Below, one piece after another: positions 1-11,407 of a stretch of 64,000 bases of DNA. The stretch is from positions 65,224,001 through 65,288,000 of the forward strand of contig OZ024741.1 of assembly GCA_964016885.1 (NCBI GenBank). The letters are read 5' to 3'. The position numbers and the translations under genes were made by a program. The stretch comes from Eledone cirrhosa. Lineage: Eukaryota. The number at the start of each line of letters is the position of its first letter. Positions within the stretch are counted from its first letter, which is position 1. The notes beneath the pieces are model-generated. The model worked only from the letters and a program-made list of their open reading frames with translations. It was not told the origin of the DNA and searched no databases.

Positions 1-308
1 CGATTCAGGGGTTTACTTTTAGCTAGGTACTTCTCCTGTAGTTGTCGTACAAGGAAAAGGGCGTCTGTGGTACTTTTACCTGACACAAACCCAAACTGCA
101 TTTCATCTAGATCAATTTGCTCTCTGATTAGTTGCGCTATAACTTTTTCTGTGACCTTCATGACCTGGTCAATTAATTTAATGCCTCTATAGTTACCCCT
201 ATCTAGGGCGTCTCCTTTACCCTTGTAGCAGTTAATGATGCTGCTGCTACGCCAGTCATTTGGTATGACTCCGTTGTGTATGACTTGGTTTACTATCCAA
301 GTGACCAT
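1..308 (-). mobile_element. RTE-clade LINE fragment (RT N-terminal part), runs off the window start
   Basis: Minus-strand translation gives DWRSSIINCYKGKGDALDRGNYRGIKLIDQVMKVTE...DEMQFGF, homologous to the ORF at 21568-22863. Confidence 0.9.
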
Positions 309-1254
309 ATGTGTGTGTGTATATATATATATCACCTTGACCACCTTGACTGTTCAGTTTATTTCTAATCTGCTTAATTGTGAACATGCTGAATTCTTAG
401 TCTCTTTCTGAAACTTGGTATGTTCTTTGATCTATGTATATATATATATATATATATATGTATACATATGCATATGTGTGTATATGTGTATGTTAAACCA
501 CTGAGAGTGAAGGACCTCTAGCCTTTGTCAGAGCATTCTTCTAGGAGAAGACAACTCAGGAAACTGGGATAACTCCGATATAAAACCTGCGGCTCAGTAG
601 TTACCGATGATGTTGATCTTTCTTTCTTTTCGGGTTATAGCTACTGTCGCTCAGAGAGTGGGATTGGCTCAGTGCACAGTCTTCCCTCACTTTAAAAAAT
701 ATCTTCACGCACAGGCATTGCACGATAGAATTAATTAATAATTATTAATAACGGTATATCGTGCAATGGCCATATTCGATAACGAGGAGGCAGCCATCAT
801 ATATATATATATATACACAATATATATGTTGAAAAGGTAACACACTAGAGAGAGATAGTGTTCCATCAATAAAACAGGGAAAACAACCAGTGTATGGAAT
901 CTATCTATAAATTAATTTATCGTGATATATATATGCTCCCCCGTTCTCTCTGTTTCTCTTACCTTCTTTCGCCCCCTCTGTCAGTTAACACTTTCTCTCG
1001 ACTGACCTCTTCCTCGCACTTCCACTCACTCACTCTCTGTTTCTCCCCTTCTCACTTCCTCCCGTTCGCTAGTAGTGGGGTTCCTTCTTTCTCACACCGC
1101 ATTCACGGCGTACGGTCTGCTTCTCTGACCGCTCATGAAATTCACCCGGCTTATGCTGATCGGATAACTATCATGTTGCTTGCTGTTTTCCCAACCTTCG
1201 GTTTGCTTTTCCTTCTGTTGTTTACTTGTCTCACTCGCTTTACGCGTTTCACTT

Positions 1255-1411
1255 GTCCCAATAGCTTATTTTAGTTATTGCTCGCACCAACCTGAGGTAT
1301 CTGATTTTTAATGTGATGAAATACCAATGATGGTTGGCAAATCACTGATGAGGGACTAATTTTATTATATGTAATCCATGTGCAACCATGCAGTATTCTT
1401 CTCCCCTTGTT

Positions 1412-1420
<9 letters not shown>
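1255..1420 (+). mobile_element. Repeat end with structured domain, probably Penelope-like; related to 59388-59530
   Basis: Shares CCCAATA..TTAGTTATTG..CTGAGGTAT..GAAATACCAATGAT..ACTGATGA with 59388-59483 and ends in (TA)n. Confidence 0.5.
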
Positions 1421-1493
<73 letters not shown>

Positions 1494-1760
1494 ATAGATA
1501 TATTTTTAAATCTCACTAACTTACATTCTTTATCTCTCACTGAAATCACACTATTGACTAAGCTGACTTCTACCTTCCCTGTCTATATAGTTTTCTCTGA
1601 AACTTTTTATGAACAATAGATACTTTATTGGTTGCTGCTCTATGCCATTCCTGACTTCCATGTTTTGTTGCATTTGTTTTACTTTTGACTGGATGATGTT
1701 GGTTGGTTTTGCAAGTCTTTGTATGTGTGTGGTTTTATGTCTATGTATAGTCATGTCTGA

Positions 1761-1819
<59 letters not shown>

Positions 1820-1859
1820 GAAGGAATTGTGGTAAGGAACCAGATGGACCATAACGCAC

Positions 1860-2008
1860 CAAAGTACTCAATACTTAGGGTAGTAGAGTGGGTAATAGGA
1901 ACAAGTATGATCCCGACGGCAGAGCTCAAGCCGTTTCGACGGCTATTTCGGGTTCAGAAATAGCCGTCGAAACGGCTTGAGCTCTGCCATCGGGGTCATA
2001 CTTGTTCC

Positions 2009-2010
<2 letters not shown>
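1860..2010. mobile_element. Fold-back palindrome between (TA)n tracts, with tail hairpin; Penelope-like remnant
   Basis: Near-perfect inverted arms of ~55 bp (TAGGAACAAGTATGA...TCATACTTGTTCCTA); family tail motif at 1866-1889. Confidence 0.65.
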
Positions 2011-2041
<31 letters not shown>

Positions 2042-2075
2042 GTGTGTGTGTATGTATATATATATATATATTATA

Positions 2076-2145
<70 letters not shown>

Positions 2146-2654
2146 TGTGTGTGGTCTTATGTTTGCAGTGATGTCTGAGTAATATATTTATATTAGTCAG
2201 GCATATATATATATATTTATTGTGTGTGTATGTAGATGGAAAAGTAATTTATCAACTACAATTGGAACCATTATCAATTGTTTACCGTGATAGTTTATAC
2301 AAACTTATAAACCATTCTTGCTTTACAGAATGTCAAACTGGTAACTTGCCAAAAAGAAAACAAATCAACAATGTAAACAAAACAAACAGTAACTTGACAC
2401 CCAAACATCGAGACAGACAGATACACATTCAGACTGTCTGCATCACATAATTCGGTTATAAGGAAATTGTTTGTTAAAACTAGCATCCATGTTGAATATA
2501 TAACATATAGACTCCAGATATACTTAACACTCTAGCTACTAATTTCTAACTTAAAAATGTATATTTCTCATTTTAAGAACAACAGTGTCATTTTTTATGA
2601 GTTTCCACTGATTCACTGCATTTTCAATGGCAGCAGTTATAAGGAGCCTATATA

Positions 2655-2916
2655 TAATTCTCAGACCGGGTGATGTGTTGTTTCCTTGAGCAAGACACTT
2701 TATTTCACATTGCTCCAGTTTACTCAGCTGTAGAAGGACTGGGGTCCCTATCATTCCACTGCAAAGTGGTCGTGTAGGCGCCACGGCATAAAAGCACCCA
2801 GCAGTCACTGTAAATGAGGTTGGTGTTAGGAAGGGCATCCAGCTGTAGAAATCAAGCCAGAATCAGTTCCCGTCCCACCCTTGCAAGCAGGGAAAAGTGG
2901 ACGTGAAATGATGATG
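2655..2916 (+). mobile_element. 5'-truncated tRNA-derived SINE (Meta-like core, RTE-type tail)
   Basis: Matches 4006-4335: TTGAGCAAGACACTTT core, TTAGGAAGGGCATCCAGCTG tail, (GAT)n end. Confidence 0.8.
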
Positions 2917-2927
2917 AATATATATAC

Positions 2928-3024
<97 letters not shown>

Positions 3025-3108
3025 AAAGGTAAACAGAAATAACAACACAATTGGTACAGTATATGGAAGGTATATATTAGGTTAACGCTTGATATAGCAG
3101 GAAGAAGG

Positions 3109-3144
3109 TCTTAACGTTTCGGACGCTAGTCCTTCATCAGAAGA
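3109..3144 (-). ncRNA. Minimal type-I hammerhead ribozyme motif
   Basis: Minus strand reads TCTT-CTGATGA-A-GGAC-TAGC-GTCC-GAAAC-GTT-AAGA: core boxes, 4-bp stem II, 4-bp stem I, palindromic ACGT stem III. Confidence 0.7.
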
Positions 3145-3405
3145 AAGAATGAGAAATAAAATAGATTAAGGGACGGGCGGGATGGAATTGGAGAAAATGT
3201 CTTTAGATAAAAATAATAGGTCCATTCATGTTGACATCTCTTGCAAACACACACACATGCATCTTACCAACAGAGTGGTGGCTATCCAATCTGTGGTGCA
3301 AACTGGCATCACAAATGCAGTACCACCTTAATGAACAAAACTACACTGATGAGGTATAGTTGCACCTGTCTGTTCATCTTTATGTAACTGTTGATATATA
3401 TGTAT

Positions 3406-3790
3406 ATTCATTTTATTAAGGCTAAATAGTGAGTCTTGTTACTCTGAAGTTTTGCCTGTTTATCACAGGGTCATCTTGTTTGATGACCTTGTGATAAACA
3501 GGTGAAACTCCAGAGTCTTTAACCCTTTAGCATTTACATTACTCTATATATTCTATTGTATTTTCACAGTAAAGGCTCTACCTCACATAATTATCTCACA
3601 TAATATCAAATCTATGAGATCTTGATGTTATTTATTTTGAGAACAATACCTTAACATCAGTATGAGCAGCTGGTTACAGATGGTTTGAACAGAAAGAGGT
3701 GAGAGGATTTGGGCCGGATACAGTCAGTTTAAATGCTAAAGGGTTAATAAAATGAATATTAAAACTCTACTTTGGTATTGAGTACTCCTT
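3406..3790. mobile_element. Fold-back Penelope-like remnant with degenerate hammerhead, interrupted by a TTAA MITE
   Basis: Same family as 19233-19400; right arm TTGATGA-CCT..AGG-T-GAAACTC-CA-GAGTC at 3480-3517; tail hairpin at 3764-3783. Confidence 0.65.
3519..3747. mobile_element. piggyBac-like MITE, family A
   Basis: TTAA-CCCTTTAGCATTT ... AAATGCTAAAGGG-TTAA; TIRs with TTAA target duplication; seven copies seen in the window. Confidence 0.85.
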
Positions 3791-3886
3791 TCTCTTAGCT
3801 CTCAACCACACACACACACACACACACATACATACAGGAATTGAACTATCAAGACCGTAGAGGTATGTCATATATCAAATCATATA

Positions 3887-3948
3887 TTTTATCTGACGAG
3901 GATGTACTGAAAAAACAACACAGTACCTTTGAAATATATATAATAAAG
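3887..3948 (+). ncRNA. Type-I hammerhead ribozyme motif, same family as 43208-43270
   Basis: TTTAT-CTGACGA-..GTACTG-loop-CAGTAC..-GAAA-TATATA-TA-ATAAA. Confidence 0.6.
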
Positions 3949-4005
3949 CATATGTTTTGATTATGTGAATATCTTCATTTGTTAATATTTTGAATAATAT
4001 ATATA

Positions 4006-4335
4006 TGGCTTAGTGGTTAGAGCATTGGCCTTGCAATCGAAAGGTTGTGAGTTCAATTCTCAGACCGGGTGATGTGTTGTTTCCTTGAGCAAGACACTTT
4101 ATTTCACATTGCTCCAGTTTACTCAGCTGTAGAAATGAGATGATAGAGACTGGGGTCCCTATCATTCCACTGCAAAGTGGTCGTGGAGGTGCCACGGCAA
4201 AAAAGCACCCAGCACTCACTGTAAATGAGGTTGGTGTTAGGAAGGGCATCCAGCTGTAGAAATCAAGCCAGAATCAGTTCCCGTCCCACCCTTGCAAGCA
4301 GGGAAAAAGCGGACGTTAAACGATGATGATGATGA
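4006..4335 (+). mobile_element. tRNA-derived SINE (Meta-like core, RTE-type tail)
   Basis: A box TGGCTTAGTGG, B-box-like GAGTTCAATTCTC, TTGAGCAAGACACTTT core, tail shared with the RTE LINE, (GAT)n end. Confidence 0.85.
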
Positions 4336-4405
4336 TATATATATATATATAGTAATGAAAGATTGAAGGATAACATGGTCGGCTGTATAAAAGGGTTTTA
4401 TTTAT

Positions 4406-4518
4406 AGTATTAACAATTGTTTCATTGATCAGGTGAGTCTAAAGGCCGCTAATCACCCGAAGTTGTGTCACTCGACCTTAAGTACAGTGTTTGCCTCTGA
4501 TCAAATCATCAGAATACT
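4406..4518 (-). ncRNA. Type-I hammerhead ribozyme motif with extended stem II
   Basis: Minus strand: AGTATT-CTGATGA-TTTGATCAG...CTGATCAAT-GAAAC-AATT-GTT-AATACT; 6-bp stem I and palindromic AATT loop III. Confidence 0.8.
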
Positions 4519-4576
4519 CAATACAGAGTACTCACAACCTCTAACTGGATTACCTAAAACGATAACTTGTTATCCC

Positions 4577-4615
<39 letters not shown>

Positions 4616-5499
4616 TGATGGGTTTCTACAGAGTTTCAATCTCCCAAATTTCAGTATCAAGGCAATTGTAGAGGACACATGCTTAAAGTAGTGCTGCACA
4701 GAATCCACAACCATGGGCTTGAAAAGCAAACTTCTAAGCCAAATATCTATATCTGAACCTATTCCTTTCTGCCCATGTCTTGCTTACCTACATTGACCTA
4801 CAGAAAACCACATTGAATGTTAACTGCACCAGTGTCATCTGTGTGGTAAAGGGGTTTTTATTCATAACATGGGCGTTTTTGACTAATTAATGAACTATAT
4901 AAATAATATTAAATTGACATTAGAAGTCATCAACGAAGATTGTTTTCATGTAAACCCCAAAATATTTTTGTACATATGTATATACTTATGTATGTGTATG
5001 TGTGTATGTATGTGTATATGCATATGTATGTGTGCATGGTGTATGTTGGCTTAGTATTAGTAATTTGGTATCCACATATCAAATGGCATATGTCATTTGT
5101 TCAGTTTATTTCTAATCTGCTTAATTGTGAACATGCTGAATTCTTAGTCTCTTTCTGAAACTTGCTATGTTCTTTGATCTATGTATGTTAGGACATAGAT
5201 GACAACAGGCATTTAGTTACAAAGAGAATTCCCTCCTCCTCTTTTATCTTAAATTAATAAGGTGAGTGAAGAAGTATTGTGCTGGTTCAGAAACCAGAAC
5301 AAAAAGAATGATGAATCAAATAAATAAAATCCATTTAGCATCTTTTAGTTAAATTGGTAATCACAGCTGGTTGAACTATTTGAAACTTGGATTACTAAGA
5401 GAAAACTTGTGTTCATTAGCACATGAAAGTATAATATTTTCATATACTATGTTATCATGTATAAGTATAACTCATTGTATCAAGCAAGAAGAACACCAC

Positions 5500-5680
5500 T
5501 ATCATCTCTCATGACAAGAGATTACATGGCTGCCCCATGCAATGCTACAAAGACCAATTGAAACAGATGATGAACAGCACCAACATTGACTAAGTCTTGA
5601 TAACAGCAGAGAGAAGACAGAACAGCTTGGTATCATCTGATTAAGATTGGTGTAGAAAACTTTGAGGAAAATCACTGAAG
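5500..5680 (+). mobile_element. Old degraded LINE C-terminal fragment (RTE-like)
   Basis: Translation GCPMQCYKDQLKQMMNSTNID resembles the RTE-type GRPxKRYKDxLK C-terminal motif. Confidence 0.35.
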
Positions 5681-7019
5681 AATTGAGGAGGATAAAAGGT
5701 GGTGATGAAATATTCACCAACTCAAGCTCAGATCTCCAATCAACCATCAGCTGTGACTTGTATGAACAGTTTTTCTTTACTAGCCACCAGAGGCACTGTC
5801 ATGGATGAGAAAGTTCCATCTCCAACTTAGTTGTTTTGGCCGCTTCCTCTTTGCACTGGTTGCCATCATGACATTAGACATACTCGAACCCCTTACTGCC
5901 AAGCTCCTCTGCATGATCAGAACATAAGCAGTCCATCTGAGGAAGGAGCCCCGTGAGGTGGGGTGGCTGTTGCAGTGGGAGTAACTGGCCATTGACCACG
6001 GAAATGTTTTTGCTATCATGTCCACAGGGTGTAGCCCCAACACTGCCATGCCCTAGGCCCAGAGCCCATCACCATCCTTCTTCCCATTCTTCTGTAGCCC
6101 TAGAGAGCTTGCTTTTCCCATCCTCTGCCATTTTCAATATTTGTAATGTTTTTCTAATTATCTATTATAAAGTTATGTTTTTAAAATGTTCTACATAGAA
6201 AATAAATTTCTATACATAAAATATACTCAGAGGTGAGGAAGAGCCACCAATGACGAATTTTATACATCTAACTAACTAGAACAGTGGAAGGTGGTACACA
6301 GGCTGGTTATCATTGGTTTGCTTGACTCATATTTCGCCAGAGATTGAAATTATAATTATTTTTATGGAACATACGGCATATTTGAAAGACTAATGTATAT
6401 AGATAAGTTAGTATCAGAATGAATATGATGGTTCTACTATTTATCATTTTATCTAAAACTTGATATTTATCTACTATTTAACATGTTTGAAACATTTAGA
6501 AGGTTAAGTCTGAAATGTTTTGAATTAGACATGCTATATTATCTTGAATTTGAAAGATAATACCTTTATAGATAATCATTTTTTAAAGACCAAACCCATA
6601 AACACAAAATTTAAATGCTATAACATTACATGATTTCACTAATAAATAGTATTGTTACTCTCAACAAAACTGTGTAATTTTAAAGACATTTAAAAATAAA
6701 TTTTGTAGATTATATAACAGCAAATATTATATTTATACCCTGCCACATAAATGTTTACCAAAAGCAGAATACATTTGCCCCTGGTTGAAAACCAGGTACA
6801 ACTAATGATTTCTTAGATAAACACAAGTCCAAATATTTTAAAGAATGGCTGCAGCCAATCAAATTGAGCCCAATACTTGAGTGATAATGTATTTTATCAA
6901 TCATAGAAAGATGAAAATGAATATAACAGTGGCCATAAGGGAATTTCCCACATTGTATTCATGGCTCAGTCAATCATTTATATTAACTAAGCAATGAATA
7001 TAGTGAGCTATGAATATAT

Positions 7020-7054
7020 ATCACTTCTCAGTGTTTTGGCTAAGATCAAAGTGT
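7020..7054 (+). pseudogene. U2 snRNA 5'-end fragment
   Basis: ATCACTTCTCAGTGTTTTGGCTAAGATCAAAGTGT versus the conserved U2 5' end ATCGCTTCTCGGCCTTTTGGCTAAGATCAAAGTGTAG; similarity stops at ~nt 35. Confidence 0.75.
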
Positions 7055-7669
7055 CATTGATATTAATGCAACAACTAAACATAAAATTACACAAGTAAAC
7101 TTTGAGAACTTCTGTGCAGTTGCTCAGTTTGCAAGAAATAGAAGCCAAATCTTCCTCAAATAACACTCTAAAATTTTAAGAAAAAGACACATCAGATAAT
7201 GTAGATTTAGATACACTGTTTGAAAAACATATAGGATGGTCATAGTTGGAATGTTGTTGTTGTTGACCAGGTCTTTCTTCAGGTTAAACAACTGCAACAT
7301 ATGTATGAATTAAATGAGGAATAAACAGTAGTTTGTATTACTAGGATTTTTTCAACATGCTGATGTGTATGTGTATATGTGACTGCGTGTATGTATGTGC
7401 ATATGCGTACATTTATATGTATGAGTATATAAATATAAATGCGCAAACACAGACACACTTACAAAAATACACACTAACAGGCATACATTCACACAAATAC
7501 ACATACATTCACACAAATACACATACATTCACACAAACACACACACATACATTTACACAAACACACATACACATATACTCACACACAGCGTAGCAAATGA
7601 AACGCCAACAGCTGTTTTGCTATAGATTTTTTCACCATCCCCTTCCTTCCTTTTACACACACATACATT

Positions 7670-8415
7670 AGAAGACTACATTGGTATGGTCATGTGATGC
7701 ACATGAAAGATGACAGCTGTATAAAAAAGTGCAGGGCGATCAAAATTGATGGAAGTTATGGAGTAGGTAGACCCAGAAAAACCTGTGACGACTTGATAAA
7801 ATCTGACCTTGCACACTTACACCGCTCTAAGATGATATCACTGGACCGAGACCTTTGGCGCTACGCAGTAATACAGAAGACCCACCTTGCCTACGTACAA
7901 AGTTAAACCTACAGTCAGTAGGCACTCCTACTCCATCCTCCCACTCCACCACCCTTTCTCTGTAAAGTAATGTTGATACCACAGAACATCCAGTTCAAAC
8001 TAAAGAGGTTGTGTAGGTGTCACAACAAAAAAGCACCCAGTCCACGCTGTAAAGTGGTCGTGTAGGTAACATGGTAATAAAGTTCCCAGTTCACACTGTA
8101 AATGGGGTTGGTGTTAGGCAGGGCATCCAGTCGTAGAAAACCTGCCAGATACAGTCCTATATGAGTGAGCACGGTCACCCAATCAATCTTGCCTCAAGTG
8201 GGACAATTCCCGTCTAACCCATGCTAGGGGGGGGGGATAGACGTTAAACAATGATGATGATGATGATGATATATATATATATATGAAAAAAATATCGTTT
8301 TTTACAAAAACAATATAACAATGTGAAATGTTGAGGTGCTTGGTGAGACTTACAATGAGATATTTACCCATGCTAGGGGGGAAGATAGACATTAAACAAT
8401 GATGATGATGATGAT
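7670..8415 (+). mobile_element. 5'-truncated RTE LINE (ORF end and 3'UTR) with doubled tail
   Basis: WYGHVMHMKDDSCIKKC..GRPRKT; 3'UTR matches 20360-20770 and 43990-44540; inserted into a repeat whose empty site is at ~41030. Confidence 0.85.
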
Positions 8416-8469
8416 ACATTCACACAAACACACACACACACACATTGTGTGACAGACGGAAGTCACTCA

Positions 8470-8783
8470 AATTTGAAGAAGCTGACATATTAATGTGAGT
8501 GCAAGTGGAATTTGAAATCACATTTCTCTGACATCAGTTTCGATGGGATTATAGCAACAACAACAATAATACACAAACATTGCTCCATGTCTCCTAATGT
8601 TGACTCCAAATGCCATACAAGATGTAGTTATGTTTGCTGCAAGTGTGCATATCTTCAGCAGTATGTGCAATGAAGCTGCAGTCATCAACATGAAAGTGAT
8701 CATGACTAAGACATTGAAAGAAACTTCTGCATTGGCAGTAAAATACTGCAAATTGAAGAGACAAGCAGAAGATGTATTTCACG
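8470..8783 (-). pseudogene. Downstream half of an old RTE-like RT domain
   Basis: Frameshifted minus translation [13 protein letters not shown] / [15 protein letters not shown] / AFGVNI resembles LFNLRRL..KV..FADDCAL.AH..EDLQ..FGL.I. Confidence 0.6.
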
Positions 8784-11364
8784 TACATGGAGAGACAGGC
8801 ACACAGACAGACATAGAGAGACAGGCACACACACACACATGGAGAGACAGGCACACACACACAGACATGGAGACAGGCACACACACACACAGACATACAT
8901 GGAGAGACAGGCACACACACAGACATGGAGAGACAGGCACACAGACAGACATGGAGAGACAGGCACACACACACAGACATACATGGAGAGACAGGCACAC
9001 ACACAGACATGGAGAGACAGGCACACAGACAGACATGGAGAGACAGGCACACACACACAGACATGGAGAGACAGGCACACAGACAGACATGGAGAGACAG
9101 GCACACACACAGACATGGAGAGACAGGCACACAGACAGACATGGAGGGACAGGCACACACACACAGACATGGAGAGACAGGCACACACAGAGACATGGAG
9201 AGACAGGCACACAGACAGACATGGAGAGACAGGCACACACACACAGACATACATGGAGAGACAGGCACACACACAGACATGGAGAGACAGGCACACAGAC
9301 AGACATAGAGAGACAGGCACACACACACACACAGACATACATGGAGAGACAGGCACACACACAGACATGGAGAGACAGGCACACACACACACATGGAGAG
9401 ATAGGCACACACACACAGACATGGAGACAGGCACACACACACAGACATACATGGAGAGACAGGCACACACACACAGACATGGAGAGACAGGCACACAGAC
9501 AGACATGGAGAGACAGGCACACAGACACACATGGAGAGACAGGCACACACACAGACATGGAGAGACAGGTACACAGACAGACATGGAGGGACAGGCACAC
9601 AGACAGACATGGAGGGACAGGCACACACACACAGACATGGAGAGACAGGCACACACACACACACAGACATGGAGAGACAGGCACACACAGAGACATGGAG
9701 AGACAGGCACACAGACAGACATGGAGAGACAGGCACACACACACAGACATGGAGACAGGCACACACACACAGACATGGAGAGACAGGCACACACACACAC
9801 ACAGACATGGAGAGACAGGCACACACAGAGACATGGAGAGACAGGCACACAGACAGACATGGAGAGACAGACACACACACAGACATGGAGAGACAGGCAC
9901 ACAGACAGATATAGAGAGACAGGCACACACAGACATACATGGAGAGACAGGCACACACACAGACATGGAGAGACAGGCACACACACACACATGGAGAGAC
10001 AGGCACACACACACAGACATGGAGACAGGCACACACACACAGACAGACATGGAGAGACAGGCACACAGACAGACATGGAGAGACAGGCACACACACACAG
10101 ACATACATGGAGAGACAGGCACACACACAGACATGGAGGGACAGGCACACACACACGGACATACATGGAGAGACAGGCACACACACAGACATGGAGGGAC
10201 AGGCACACAGACAGACACAGAGAGACAGGCACACACACACAGACATACATGGAGAGACAGGCACACACACAGACATGGAGAGACAGGCACACAGACAGAC
10301 ATGGAGAGACAGGCACACACACACAGACATGGAGAGACAGGCACACACACACAGACATACATGGAGAGAGAGGCACAGACAAAGACATGGAGAGACGGGC
10401 ACACAGACAGACATGGAGGGACAGGCACACACACACAGACATACATGGAGAGACAGGCACACACACAGACATGGAGGGACAGGCACACACACACAGACAT
10501 ACATGGAGAGACAGGCACACACACAGACATGGAGGGACAGGCACACACACACAGACATACATGGAGAGACAGGCACACAGACAGACATGGAGAGACAGGC
10601 ACACACACAGACATGGAGAGACGGGCACACACACACACATGGAGAGACAGGCACACAGACACACATGGAGAGACAGGCACACACACAGACATGGAGAGAC
10701 AGGCACACACACACACATGGAGAGACAGGCACACAGACACACATGGAGAGACAGGCACACACACAGACATGGAGAGACAGGCACGCAGACAGACATGGAG
10801 AGACGGGCACACACACAGAGACATACATGGAGAGACAGGCACACACACAGACATGGAGGGACAGGCACACAGACAGACATGGAGAGACGGGCACACACAC
10901 ACAGACATACATGGAGAGACAGGCACACACACAGACATGGAGGGACAGGCACACAGACATACATGGAGAGACAGGCACACACACAGACATGGAGGGACAG
11001 GCACACACACAGACATGGAGACAGGCACACACACAGACATGGAGAGACAGGCACACACACACACACAGACATGGAGAGACAGGCACACACACACAAACAG
11101 ACATGGAGGGACAGGCACACACACAGACATGGAGAGACAGGCACACACACAGACATGGAGAGACAGGCACACACACACAGACAGGCATGGAGGGACAGGC
11201 ACACACACACAGACAGACATGGAGGGACAGGCACACACACAGACATGGAGAGACAGGCACACACACAGACATGGAGAGACAGGCACACACACACAGACTG
11301 ACATGGAGGGACAGGCACACACACAGACATGGAGACAGGCACACATAGAGACATGGAGAGACAG

Positions 11365-11407
<43 letters not shown>

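Noticed and set aside
495-780. Possible LINE 5'UTR or ribozyme region with a terminal hairpin
   Set aside because: Single copy in the window and no recognisable catalytic core.
1326-1351. SECIS element
   Set aside because: ATGA...AAA...TGA spacing is too short for SECIS helix II, and the covarying stem places the loop on the opposite side of the GA pairs.
3346-3375. CTGATGA-GGT..ACC possible hammerhead
   Set aside because: No GAAA box or stem III follows.
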